Shown here in pieces: positions 1 to 13,562 of a stretch of 64,000 bases of DNA. Both the position numbers and the translations under genes were made by a program. Numbering within the stretch: position 1 is the first letter of the stretch; each line of letters starts with the position of its first letter. The notes beneath the pieces were generated by a model. The model was not told where the DNA came from, ran no database searches, and saw only the letters and a list, made by a program, of their open reading frames with translations. The DNA lies in the NCBI GenBank assembly GCA_951406725.2, contig OX597827.1, forward strand, positions 27,032,001 to 27,096,000. Direction: 5' to 3'. This DNA comes from Octopus vulgaris (lineage: Eukaryota).

Positions 1-303
1 AATTTACCTATTCATATTTAAATGAGAATATCAGAGTAAATCTCTTTAGTACATTCGTGAAAACACGTATTATACTTTGTAAACACTTCAAATACAGTTT
101 TGTACAAAAATCGAAATGTAATTTTAATTCCGTGAATTATGGGAGATTTCTTTCCGAAATTTGTTCCTATTGTGTTTTCAAAATTTGTAATTCTGACAAA
201 AAATGGATACGAATTCCATTATATCAAGCAGCGAGTCAGAATTCGAAGGATTTTCTACTGAAGACCTTCATAAATCTAACTCTATGACTGAAAAAAAAAA
301 GCA

Positions 304-697
304 TCTTTATATAAGAGTGAAGTTGTGTGTCTGTCCCCTTCGATTTAGATTCGTAACTACTCCTACATTTTGCGGTGCAGTTTAACCAAAAGCGGGTATC
401 TTATAGTCGTGATTCATATCGAGCCCTTCTGGGTATTAGCGCGCGTCTACGATGAGTCTACGATTTTTAAAAAATTTACCATCATATTTTTCCATTTTAA
501 GGCATTTTTTTCGCTTTTATATAAGGGAAGTAACTCTCTAAAAATATCTACGATGTGTCAACGATTTTTAAAAAAATTTACCTTAATTTTTTTTCAATTT
601 TTAATGCATTTTTTTGCTATTTTTTGGCTATAACTCTCTAAAAATGCTTATATAGTTATTTCCCTTACAACCCGAGCAACGCCGGGCGATACTGCTA
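304..697 (+). mobile_element. Non-autonomous Helitron-like element
   Basis: Starts A|TCTTTATATAAG. Ends with GC hairpin CCCGAGCAACGCCGGG (671-686) then CTGCTA running into (TA)n. The 3' motif is shared with the element at 56348-56817. Terminal G of CTAG is absent. Confidence 0.65.
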
Positions 698-708
698 TAT
701 ATATATAT

Positions 709-860
709 GATGGGCTTCTTTTAGTTTCCGTCTATCAAATCCACTCACAAGAATTTGGTCTGCTCGAGGCTACAGTAGAAGGTACTTGCTCAAGGTGCCA
801 CGCAGTGTGACTGAAGCCGGTGCCATGTAGTTGGGAAGCAAACTTCTTACCACAAAGCCA

Positions 861-862
<2 letters not shown>
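709..862 (-). mobile_element. tRNA-derived SINE family A, 5' half
   Basis: Reverse complement matches head and core of the full copy at 62339-62760. Confidence 0.85.
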
Positions 863-899
<37 letters not shown>

Positions 900-902
<3 letters not shown>

Positions 903-1393
903 ATAAAGGAAACGGAAGATGGATTTGGTACACGAATCTTTATTCAACAGGACGATCGTTTCGACCCATCTGCATTTGTTCAAAGGATATTATGCATCTG
1001 GTTGCGTTGCATCAATCAGTGCAGGCTGTATCACTTCAGGTACTTGCTGTAGGACAAGATATATCGCACTAGATGTACTGAGGTCGCCTTCGCATGTTGT
1101 TCTGGCTAGTTGTATCTTGGTACACTGACAAAACGTTACCGGCGAATGGGGCTGGCTGGTGACACCATTCAATGTACCAACGTGCAACTAGGCAGAACAA
1201 CAAGCCAAGGAGATCTCAGTATATCTAGTGGGATATTTTTCTACACCAAGCACCTGAAGTGACACAGCCTGCATTGATTAATCTAACGCAGCAAGACGCA
1301 CAATATCGTTTAGGACAGATGTAAGATAGGTCGGAACGATCGTTGTGCAAGATAAAGATTCGGACTAAATCCATTTTCTGTTTCGTTTATCAA
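900..1393. repeat. Long imperfect inverted repeat (fold-back), arms about 230 bp
   Basis: 900-1128 is the reverse complement of 1169-1393 at about 80% identity by manual alignment (TTGATAAAGGAAACGG... / ...CTGTTTCGTTTATCAA). Inner GTTACCGGC/GCTGGTGAC pairing leaves a loop of about 11 nt. Confidence 0.92.
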
Positions 1394-1807
1394 CTATAAG
1401 CTCAACAAACACTGCAGATTTCCTGGCGTATATCTAGTGAAAATTATAGCGTTACTGTGGATGACATCAGGTAGCCCAAACGGCGAATGAGCTTTGATCA
1501 ACAAACTAATAGACGAAGTTTTGGTGCTATGCAGTCAGTGAGGACTGAACACAGGAACATGTAATTGGGAAGCAAGCTTCTTACCATGCAGTACACACCT
1601 ACGCTTAGAGATAGATAGAGAGAGAGAGAAGGAAAGAGATTTATATATATATATAATATATTGTATATTATATATATATATTATAGACAGAGACAGACAC
1701 ACACACACTCGCCTACATATATGGATTACACACGAGCATACGTACATACAGGGAGACAAATATAAGTGTATACGAGTATATGTATATTCATATATAAATA
1801 TATTTAA

Positions 1808-1853
<46 letters not shown>

Positions 1854-3163
1854 TCATATATATATATATAAGGCATTACAATTTCACATATACGGATCTA
1901 TGTGCATGCATGTGCGTAGGAATACAAATACATATTAAAATCATTAATTCAAAAATGCCAACATATTCCTTCAATAAAGGAATCGTCAATAAGTTTGGTT
2001 GTCATAAAATTGGAAATTTTCAGAATGAATTTGTATAAAGGCCGCAGTTTATTGTTTATAGATTTTTGTAGTTTTTTTTTTTCTTTTTTTTTTTCTCTTT
2101 ACGAAATCTGAATAGTGGATAACTAACTTAGTAAGCTCGGCTTACGAAACAAAAGACTCTATGTATGTCTGTATGTATGTGAGCGTTTGTGTGTCAGAGA
2201 CACTGCGTGTGGCTAAATGTTTGTGAAGTATATTAAAATGTATGTTGTTCATATAATGTTTTGCGCGCGTGTGTGGGTGTTTATGTACGTGTTTGACTTT
2301 GTGTGTTTGTAGATTTATAGAATATGCATGTAGAAAATGTATGTGTGTTCATGTACGTATCATTCGAAGATATATATACGGATGTAAATGTATATTCTCA
2401 TTTAAATATATACACATTTACAGTAAAAATTTATACAAAGGACACCGCGAGCACATTTACATATGTACACACACACACACAAACACACACTCATATAGTT
2501 ATATATGTGCATGTATATATAGACATTCGTGTACATATATACATATATATACACATACATACATATATTTGTGTGTATATATATATACATATATATATAA
2601 GATTGTATGTATGATTATATGGATGTATAAAGGAGTGTATGTATGTATGAATTCGTGTGTGTAGAAAACATCTAAGATACAGAAAACCTACAAAGCTATA
2701 CATAAAATATACCAACTGCACAAAGCAAATTCACTAATACTATATTATATGAAAAGCAATTAAAATACGAACATTTGGAAAAATACACACGCGCGCGCGC
2801 GTATATGCGCACGCACACATACTCACACACACATACACATTAAATCTAATACAGTTTTCTCCCTCCGCAAAAATATGAATGAAAATTCAATTAGGGAAAA
2901 ATATTTGAAAAACAAACAGAAAGAAAAATCAACAAAAACAACAGCAACAACAACAACAACAACAACAACGTAGATAAATTATGAAAGAAATGAATAAAGA
3001 AGGACATAGATTCCGAAGGAAATGAAGGACGAAAGGCAAGAACGAACGAAGGATGACAAGGAATGAAAGAACGAGGAAAGCAATCAAACAAAAACCAGCT
3101 ATTATATAACGTAATATAAGGAAATAAATGTTATATACATACATACATACATACACACACATA

Positions 3164-3198
<35 letters not shown>

Positions 3199-3295
3199 TT
3201 ATATATATATATGTATGTATGCATATGTATATATATATATATATGCATATATATACACAAATATATATATACAAGTATATATATATATATATGTA

Positions 3296-3347
<52 letters not shown>

Positions 3348-3370
3348 CAAATAAATATATATTTATATAC

Positions 3371-3426
<56 letters not shown>

Positions 3427-4199
3427 ATTTATGTATGTATGTTTGTATATGCCTTTCCTTCAAAAAATCGATAATTTAAACCAATAATATTTACTATTTC
3501 CTACTAAAATATAAATGTTGGTTTGTGTGATGTTTTTCGGCGATTTCCATTTTGGAATGAATACAAGCATTGTTGTTGTTGTTGTTGTTATTGTAGCTAT
3601 GGTGATGATGGTGGTGATGCTGCTGCTGCTGGTGATGGTGGTTCGGTAGTAGCAGCAACAGCGTTTCTACTGGAAGTTTTTTTTTTGCACATTAAAGCGT
3701 TATTACAGATTTTTGGTGTGTCGAACATCTGTTCAAAGCGTTCCAACGATGGCCAGCCTGTCTTATTTCTTACTTATGGCGGTAGAGCAAGAATCGTGAA
3801 AAGAAATTCTCTACAGTTTCTGGACTCGGAGCTCAAATTTATAAACTTTCCACCCATGCACATCCCCCTCTACTCTATATCTAGCACTAGAAATGACCAT
3901 CTTTAAATATGATGACCCAAAGAAATTTGGCTACTATTTTGAAAAGATCAAGAGGTGGCACAAAGGGCTCCCATCTGGGCCATGGCTGATGTTATTGCTC
4001 TTCTTGTTATTCCTGCCAACGTTACTGCCATTTGCCTTTGCTCCTGCTTACCTCCATGTTACGTATAATCAATAACATTCCAACCGTGACCATCTCATCT
4101 TGTTTTTTTTTTTCGGACATACCAATGTTACATCTTAAGATACATTTCGAGATACGTATTTTGAGCATAAATTTATGACTATCTCACTTACGACATGTG

Positions 4200-4492
4200 T
4201 TCCAGTTGACCCGACCAAAGGAACAGCCTACTCATGAAATTAGTGTGAACGTGGCTGAATACTCCACAGATACGCGTACCCTCATTGCAGCTCTCAGGGA
4301 GACTCAGCATGACACAGAATGTGACAAAGTTGGCCCTTGGAATTAGAGGCATTACTCATTTTTGCCAGCTGAATCCAGTAGAGTAACGCGATATAAAGCG
4401 TCTTGCGCAAGAATCCAATTCATCACCGGGAATCGAACTGAGGACCTTACGATCGCGAGCTGAATACCCTAACCATTAAGCCAAACGCCTTC
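4200..4492 (-). mobile_element. tRNA-derived SINE family C
   Basis: Reverse complement has TGGCTTAATGGTTAGG A-box, GTTCGATTCC B-box, CAGCTGGCAAAAATGAGT core and TTGTCACATTCTGTGTCA tail, as in 20780-21085. Confidence 0.8.
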
Positions 4493-4799
4493 TTCGAGCA
4501 TTTCTAACGCATCCAGCAAACCATTTAGAAGCTCCTTCAGTATGGTTGCTGTTGATGAGGGCCGTAAAGGTGGCGGTGGTGCTGGTGCTGGCGTTGTCGA
4601 TGACGGTGGTGGTCGTAGTTGTACACAAATATCTCAAGCGCCATGCAATTTCCCAATAATGTTTCATCAAAAATCAATTAATTTCACTAAATTAAAACTC
4701 CTGAAATATTTATAGATTTACATACAAAATAGATTTAATGTTTCTTTATTTATTTGTGACATTCATTCGTTCTCTTTCTTTATCATACATTATGTACGT

Positions 4800-4855
4800 C
4801 TTCTTCTTGTTGCTGTTCTTCTTCTTCTTCTTCTTCTTTTTCTTTTTCTTTTTCT

Positions 4856-4887
<32 letters not shown>

Positions 4888-4997
4888 TTCTTCTTCTTCT
4901 TTTTCTTCTTCTTCTTTTTCTTCTTCTTCTTCTTCTTTTTCTTCTTTTTCTTCTTCTTCTTCTTCTTCTTCTTCTTCTTCTTCTTCTTCTTCTTCTT
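4800..4997. repeat. (CTT)n microsatellite
   Basis: Directly visible; source of the poly-Phe ORF. Confidence 0.95.
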
Positions 4998-5645
4998 TAC
5001 ATCCTTCTTTCTCTCCAGATTTGCTTATTCAATCTTCTTACTATCCTTTACTTCTTCTTTGCCTTCATTTTTGTCGTTTCTTTTCTCTTCTCTCTTTCTC
5101 CTTCTTTCGACTCCTTTCTTTCCTTTACTTTCATCTTCTTCTTTATACACTGCTCTCCTCATCATCCTTCGTCTACTTCTTCCTCTTTTCTTCCTACTCT
5201 CCTTCTTCTTTCACCCTCTCCCTGGTACCTTCCTCCTGTGTTGTTCTTCTTTGTCTAACTCTCCTGTCCTCCTCCTATTCCTATTCTTTCTCGCTTTTCC
5301 TCGTACGTTTTCCTTCTTCTTCTTCTTCTTCTTCTTCTTCTTCTTCTTCTTCTTCATACAGCGTGTCTTGTTCACCTTAAACATAGCTGAGTCTAACCCT
5401 TTCCTGGTGTGAGCAACCGATTTCTTCCAGAGAAATTGATAGACAAAGTAGGAAAGAAGAATAGACCTCAGGATGTGACTGGTACTTGATTTATCGACCC
5501 CGAAATGGATGGAAGGCAAAAACCTGACCGTGGCCTGATTTGAACTCTGAAAGCAAAGCGTCAGAATCATTGCAGGAAGAGATTCTACCCCACGTCCTAC
5601 ACAATATGTCAATGTCCCCTGAATACATACAAACACGCACACACA

Positions 5646-5700
<55 letters not shown>

Positions 5701-5753
5701 GTATATATGTACGTATACGCATATATACATACAAACATAAATACATACATACA

Positions 5754-5789
<36 letters not shown>

Positions 5790-7377
5790 TATATATGCAT
5801 ACATATGCTTAAATACACTCATGCACACATAGGCGTGCGTACACACACGCACACTCACTTATGATAGATAGTTTATAATGTACTACAGGGTTAGGGGTAA
5901 GGTCAGGGTTAAAGTCAGGGTTAGGCTTAGGATGCATTATAATTATTCTTAACAAAGTATTTTTCAATCCAAGTGCTCAACAAATGCTCAGATACGTAAT
6001 AAATTACTCGGGGGCTACGACAACTGTACTGTAAGCGTAAGTCAGAGAAAGGCTATACAGAAAGAGTCAACCTGTGGCACACAATATTAAAGAAATACAA
6101 TTTATGTTTAAAATGTTCCTTTCCAATAGTTTCTCTTCCCTAGAACCAGATACCTACTGTCTCCAAGATGTCATATGATAAATATTTTACACGATCTTAC
6201 CTACCTCCTTGTCGTTGCAGATTAAGGAACAACCAAAATCCAACATCTTTTTCTCGCGGGCATCTTATTACTTATTCTTCCCGCGAGCCGGTTCTTATCA
6301 CACGCCAAGTCGGTTTCTATCCGCCATCCTCATGGAAACTAAATCGACCTCCCTCAAGCAAGTTTAAACTAAAGCCTCTTTAACAATAAATGTGCTGCTA
6401 AAAATATCTGTTTGATATATTAGCTGTTAGCAGCCGACCAGCTACAATCTGTTAAATAGGAAAACACAGCAAATACTCTTTAAATAACCATGTAGTTTGA
6501 TTGAGACAATATTTATTCTATTTTTGATAGTTCGTCTTCTTGATTTCTTTCTTTATTTCATCATTTCTATGGAAGCCCGAATACAAGCAATGCCTTCTTA
6601 ATTCCAGCATTTATAATCGTTAATAAGCAAGTTTGTCGATATTAGAAGCTGATGATAGCAATTTGCTGTCTGTAATCAGAAAACATGTGAGGAAGCGGAT
6701 AGAGAGAAAGAGGGAGAGGAAGAGAGAGAGAGAGAGAGAAAAGTGAGAGACGGATAGAGACAGAGAAGAAGGAAGCAAAGCAAAGAACGTGAGCGAGGCG
6801 GATGATAGATATCACACATACACACACACACGTACACTCACACACACATGTACATATGCATACACACATACATGTATGTATGTATATATATATATATATA
6901 TATGTATGTATATATACATACATATATATATATAAATATGCATATATACATACACATATATGTAGAGAGAGAGGCAAGTTAGTTAATTTACTAAAAATAG
7001 AAGCCATGCTATTTGATACACGTTTGGTAAAAATTGATTAAGTAAGAATTCGAGCAGAGAATTGCGCAGAACTTAGCGAAGTTTCACAGACTTAGTCAGA
7101 ATTCTCTGTCTGCTAGGGTGGGTACTCAATCAACCGTGAGAGCGTAAAGTCAAAAATAGACGTTAATCCACTCTCGAACGACTCATACCTACGTAATTGG
7201 GTCTTCTTTAACCTGGTTGCTGTAGTGTTAAGATGTCACAAGATGCATATAAATCAGAAGTGGTTGGGTGCATTTGCTCTTCGAGTCAAGGGTGGCTAGG
7301 TGCACTTGCTACACCACTCAACTAAACTCGAAAACTTACTAAAACTTCACTTAATGAAATAAATTACTTTGATGTTT

Positions 7378-7990
7378 AATATTTCGGGCGGAGGCCCTGT
7401 ATCGGAGAAGAGATCAGTTAAAATAAGATTTTTCACTTTGCTTTTTTTAAGTCTCTGATCAGAGACTGATTATGAGTTAGTTTTCTGGGCATGGCGGCAC
7501 GTTTTGTCCACTTGCATAAAGTACTTTATTTCATGTTCCTCCGGTTTGCACTGCCAAATAATGGTGCAGCTCTCTCTTATTCCAGCTGTCACATCCTGAA
7601 TGCCCTGCTTGGTGGAGGAGCACGAGAAGATGGTGTCTGCTCTTGATCATAGAGACACCTAAAAACACGTACATGTTATCAGATTATGCACTTTACAAAT
7701 GATAAATGTAGTAGATTTAGCTTGTCTGAAGTTCTCGGTGAAATTCCAAGATTTTTCGGCGCCTGTGTGCAAGATAGCCAGCTGACAATGGTTAAGTTTC
7801 AAAAGGCAAAAAGATGATATCGGTGTGAGATCTCGGAGCATGACGAGATCTATGTAAATCATACTGGTCATCCTACATCGTTCCTGGTGTACACCACTTC
7901 GTTTCGGTTACATTTTACATCCAGGACAGTAAATCAGGAATGTAAGAGTGGGGTGGATGGTCATTCGATGCAAATCTTCCTTCGCTATAA
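7378..7990 (-). pseudogene. Degenerate Penelope-like element: RT remnant plus decayed terminal hammerhead-like motif
   Basis: Minus-strand peptides IHPTLTF (7938-7958), LDVK and DQYDLHRSRHAP (7834-7869) resemble PLE RT motifs HPxIKFT, FLDV and DQYLHxxSxHP in the correct order. At 7378-7408 the minus strand reads CCGATACA-GGGC-CTCC-GCCC-GAAATATT. Confidence 0.5.
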
Positions 7991-8574
7991 TTCAAGTACA
8001 GGGTTACTCGTTCTCTCGCAAAGTCCCCTGCTGATGGGACAGCAGTGAACCAGTTACATCTAAGCTGAAGATGCAGCTGAAAATTTTCGTATTGGCGGTT
8101 CGGAGCATTGGATTATTTTCCAATGGACAAAAACAGCAATGAAATGTAGCGTCCAACTAAGAAACCATGCAGTTTTGGTGGGCATCTTTTTTTTCAGCAC
8201 AAAAATGGGTATAGGAGGTTCAGAATCATTACCACGTCAGCTGAGATATCATGTGGTATTTGTTCCGATTCTTCGCGTTCTGATTTCAAGACCCACCAAA
8301 ATAAAGTTTGCCTTTTATTCTTATAAGTTCGATAAATTAAGTACCAGTTATCATTGGGTTTCATTCTTGCAATCCTGTTTTCCATTAACCAATATATCTA
8401 GCTTTATATCAACACGAGAAATCAGTATTTAACTCTACACAGCCGCAGATTCAATTCCAGTTATGCTCTTGTAAATACACCTCTGGGCTTCAAAAAGGTC
8501 ACCTCCTCACCCTTCATGCAAAAGTTTCCACGCTGGCTCAAAAATCTGTTTTTGTGTTTTAAACACACACACAT

Positions 8575-8607
<33 letters not shown>

Positions 8608-8987
8608 TTATCTTAGACGTGTTATGGAGACAATTGAATAAACTCACTATAGACTTTCGCCCTCAATTTCATGGACTTTTGCCAAGGTTTTGCCAATGTT
8701 ACAGAAATCATTATAGATTTAAGCGCAAGGCTACCAAAAAACAAATCACTTTATAAAGGAAGAAATTGTATTCTTCTTTAGAACTTGGGGCCTATTTGTT
8801 GAGTATGTCTACGTAATACAATTATAGCTGAGGGCATGCTTTCAGAAATTCGCATGCTGGACCTGACCTGATGGGGTCCGTGGAAAGAGGACTTCGTCGA
8901 ATTATCTAGGTTTCGCCTTTTCAAGGCAATTATTGAATCAAGGAATTGTGTCAATCAAATTCTTTGTCTCTCTCTTTATTTTATTTC

Positions 8988-9026
<39 letters not shown>

Positions 9027-9534
9027 TCGCTCCTCATTTTCCTTTTCTCTCTAAATTCTCTCTCACACGCTCTCTCTATTTCTCTTTCTCGCCCATTCAG
9101 TTTTTCTTCTCTCCCTTTCTCTGTCCTTCTCTCTCCTCTGTCTCTTCTCTCCTCGCTTCTCCTTCTTACTGTCCCCCACCCACTGCGTCTGTCTGTGTGT
9201 CTTCCTCATGTTCTTCTTCATTCTTTCTCTCATTCTCTCTTCCCATTCCAGATATAAGTAATGCCGTCATGCAAACACACAACGATACATGAAAATGCAT
9301 ACACGCAAAAACACACACACAAAAAACACATAAACACACACACAAATAGACACACACTCTCATAAACGTACACGCACGTGCACGCACACACACAAATACA
9401 CACACGCGAGCGCGAGCGCGCACGCACAGGGAAAATAAGTCTTCCAGAACGGATATTGGGGATTACCAACTTAACCCCTTTAATGCTGCAGTGCGCGTTA
9501 TCTTCCTGATTATCGACAACAGAAACAGTTGCAC

Positions 9535-9540
9535 TAGCAA

Positions 9541-9590
<50 letters not shown>

Positions 9591-10200
9591 ACAACAACAA
9601 CAACAGCAATAACAACCACAACGAAAACAATTTTTTGTGAAGTGCATTTTTAACTATAATTTCTGCTATAAATATACCAGGATATGCGTCATCATCATCA
9701 TCATCAACACCACCACCACTATCACCTCCGTCTTCACCCTCTTCCTCCTCCTCTTCTCCTCCCACTCATCATCATCATTATCGACAGTGCGGTTGATCAT
9801 ACGCCACCGCCGCCGCCACCACCACAACCACCATCTTCGACTTACTCCTTTCCTCTTTCTACGCCTCCTCCTCCTCTGCCTCCGCCCACTCCTCGTCGTC
9901 GTCGTCATCGTCGTCATTATCATCATCATTGTCGCCACCACTGCCACCACCACTGCCACCACCACTGCCACCACTTTCGTTTTCCTTTCCTTCTGTCTCC
10001 TTATCATCATCATTATCACCACTACCACTACTACCACCACCACCATCATCATCATCATCATAACCACCACCAAGCTCGACTTTTACCTTTCCCTCCTCTT
10101 CATCATCCTCTTTTTCGACAGTGCAGTGGCTCATACACGACGACAACAACCACCACCATAACCACCACCACCACCACCACCACCACCACCACCATCATCA
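9535..10200. repeat. Compound trinucleotide microsatellites (CAG/CAA/CAT/CAC)
   Basis: Directly visible low-complexity tracts. Confidence 0.9.
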
Positions 10201-10276
10201 ACATCATGATCGTTACGATTAACGTCGTCGTCACCATTGTCATTTAGCGAGGTTATTATCAAAGAAGAAATGATGA

Positions 10277-10549
<273 letters not shown>

Positions 10550-11069
10550 AGGAAGGAAATAACCACAGCAACAACTCGGCCCGAAATAACAAAGAAATTA
10601 GAATTTAACTTGAAAAATAATTAAACGGAATAAAAATACTACAACGCCAACACGTAGAACAACAACAACAGCAACAATAACAAAACAGACGAGCAATTGT
10701 ATGCGTTCCTTTACTTCCGGTATAACGAAGCACGTGAGCATTATTCACCGAACGCACGCCATCTGTTGCCATGTGTCGCAGCGAAATAGCCATTCGTTAT
10801 CTGGAAAACTCGGCGAAATTTGTTCATTCTTTAAAATATTTTACATATTTATTTCGTGTGTGTGTGTGTGTGTACGTGTACGTGTGTGTGTGCGTGTGTA
10901 TGTGTGTGTGTATGTGTGGGTGCGTGCGCGTGTGATTATTAACAAGTTATTATTTGTTTTATAAAACAAGAACGTTCCATACAATTAGATAGCTTGAAGG
11001 GACTTGCGCATCACTGGTTCTCTGTCCTCTGTGAGGGTATTATATTATTATCATCATTGTTATTATTAT

Positions 11070-11418
11070 TCGAGTTGGCAGAAATGATAGCACACCGGGC
11101 GAAATGTTTCGTGGTATTTCGTCTGCGTTACGTAGTGAGTTCAAATTCCGCCGAGGTCGACTTTGCCTTTCATCCTTTCGGGGTCGATAAATTAAGTACC
11201 GGTTACGCGATGGGGTCGATGTAATCGACTTAATACCTATGTCTGTCCTTGCTTGTCCCCTCTGTGTTTAGCCCCTTGTGGGTAATAAAGAAATAGGTAT
11301 TTCTTCTGTCTTTATGTTCTGAGTTCAAATTCCGCCGGGGTCATCTTTGCCTTTCATCCTTTAGATTAAGTACCAGGTGTGCACTGGGGTCACTGTCCCC
11401 CTTCCCACAAAATCAGGC
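11070..11418 (+). mobile_element. SINE family B, dimeric
   Basis: Head GAGTTGGCAGAA...; two GAGTTCAAATTCCGCC B-box units followed by CTTTGCCTTTCATCCTTT core; tail GGCCTTGTGTCTATAGTAGAAA. Confidence 0.85.
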
Positions 11419-11440
11419 CTTGTGTCTATAGTAGAAATGA

Positions 11441-11501
<61 letters not shown>

Positions 11502-11504
<3 letters not shown>

Positions 11505-12740
11505 TAGTTTTATTTTTATAGCGTGCTTTCACTTCACTACCGAGCGCAGCTCTGTGTGCCTTGGGTATGTGCTGTGATTTGTTGTGATGCTCTGATGGTT
11601 ATTGTATGGAAAGTGTTCTGCGTAGGATGTGTGCAGTGCCTAGTAGTGCAATTTTCTGTATGTTATATGTGTTTGTAAGTCCTGGTGTTTTTGTTATGTA
11701 TTTGTCTGAATATTTTTTTATTATGCCTAATTGTTTGTTTTTAGATTCCACATTCTGGTTACCTCTTTTTCCAGGTCTTTGTATTTTGAAAGTTTTTCCA
11801 TTTCTTTTAGAGACAAGTTGTCATCTGCCGGTATTGATACATCAATTAGAAAGCATTTTTTTTCTTCATAATCTCTGACAACTATATCTGGTCTGTTGGC
11901 CTTAATTTCTCTATCTGTGTGTATCGGCATATCCTAGAGTATGGTTGCTTTCTCGTTTTCCGTGACCTTTTCTGGTGTGTGCCTATACCATCTTTTTTCT
12001 GTTGTTATTCCATAATGTTGGCATAGCTTCCAGTGTATGTAGGTTCCAACTCTGTCATGTGTGTGAATATATTCCTTCTTAGCCAGGACTGGGCAGCCAG
12101 AGATTTATTGTTTCTTGTCCATCTCCACATATTCTGCAGTTACTTGTTATATTTCTTTTCATTACATGTTTTTGGTAATTTCTGGTGGAGAGGCTTTGGT
12201 CTTGTGCTGCAATTAAAAATCCCTCTGTCTCTGCTTTGAGTCCTGAGCTTCTCAACCATTGCTGGGATTTTTCTTTGTCTATTTCTTTTGCGTTTAGTTT
12301 AGTCCAGTATTTACCATGAAGGGGCTTTTCTTGCCATAGTTTTATCATGGTTCGTTGCTGTTCTGTTTTTAGTTTGGATTTCATTTGTTTTATAGCTTTT
12401 GTTGTTTCTTCATCTTCTTCTTCTTCTTCTTCTTCATATTTATTAGGTGGTATGATTTCTTGTTTGTATTTGTCAGCTTCCTTAAATACTGAGAATAGTT
12501 TTATGTTTTGCTCGTGTTTTGCCGCTATTTGTATCAGTTTTCCTTCCTTCTGAAGTAGATATTTTTGCAGTCCTATGGTGGTTATTTTATAGTAGTTTTC
12601 CAGCTGTATAAGGCCTCTACCACCTTCTATACGTTGTATATATAGTCTTTCTATGTCAGATTTTGGGTGATGCATCCTAGATCCTGTCATTATTTTTCTT
12701 GTTTTCCTATCTATTTTGGTCAGTTCATTTAGTGTCCAGT
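11502..12740 (-). mobile_element. 5'-truncated R4/Dong-clade non-LTR retrotransposon (RT C-terminus, zinc knuckle, restriction-like endonuclease), frameshifted
   Basis: Peptides WTLNELTKIDRKTRK, RLYIQRIEGGRGL, PLHGKY, LKAETEGFLIAAQDQ, CRIC..ETI, NRPDIV, IDVSIP, EKLSKYKDL and ALLGTAHILRRTL are typical of R4-clade elements. Flanked by (TAA)n on both sides, the known Dong target. Confidence 0.9.
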
Positions 12741-12753
12741 TATTATTATTATT

Positions 12754-13214
12754 GAGTGAGAGAGCAGTTCATGCCATCAAAGTGACACTGGGGTAAAGTA
12801 TACGAAGCCCAATATACCCATCATGACTACCCGTCTGATAAAGGTACACCAGGCACATGCATCACAACCATATGTGCGCGACATGGTGATCTCATATCAA
12901 GATAAACAGCACATGATCTTGCAGGTGGGGCCCAGTTAGAATTTTCTTCAGGTCAAGTAGCCCATCCCGCTCAAACGGTCCCTGAATAAGGGTTGTTTAA
13001 GGATGTTGAAAGAACCATCCATGTTTCCAGAGGTGAACTATTCAAACCCCAAAGAATCCCTCTCAACACATGGCTATGATGCTCCCCCACTACTTCTGCT
13101 CGTGATCAGAGATGCACATATCGTCAGCCACTAAGGGACATGCTCAACTGGTTAAGGTCAAACAACTGACAAGCAAATCTTTGGTATTGAGCAGAATATT
13201 TGCTGTAGCCCATC

Positions 13215-13216
<2 letters not shown>
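12754..13216. mobile_element. Unclassified interspersed repeat of about 460 bp abutting (TTA)n, copy 1
   Basis: Collinear with 36483-36935; both begin (TTA)n-TTGAGTGAGAGAG and match through GCCCATCTT. Confidence 0.8.
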
Positions 13217-13287
<71 letters not shown>

Positions 13288-13288
<1 letters not shown>

Positions 13289-13507
13289 TGAGCTAGCAGA
13301 ATGGTTAGCACGCTGGGTGAAATGCTTAGCGGTATTTCGCCTGTCTTCTTGTTCTGAGTTATAATTCCGCCGATGTCGACTTTGGTTTTCAATATTTTGG
13401 AGTCGATAAATTAAGTACTAGTGAAAATCTGGAGTCGATGCGATCGACTCATCCCCTCCCCCAGAATAGCTACATTTGTGGCAAAATTTGATCCCATCAT
13501 CATCATC

Positions 13508-13562
<55 letters not shown>

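Noticed and set aside
5887-5931. TTAGGG-like repeats
   Set aside because: Short and degenerate; not a credible telomeric array.
10700-10790. ETS, E-box and YY1-like motifs (also 33428-33460)
   Set aside because: Short motifs expected by chance in 64 kb; no supporting gene structure.
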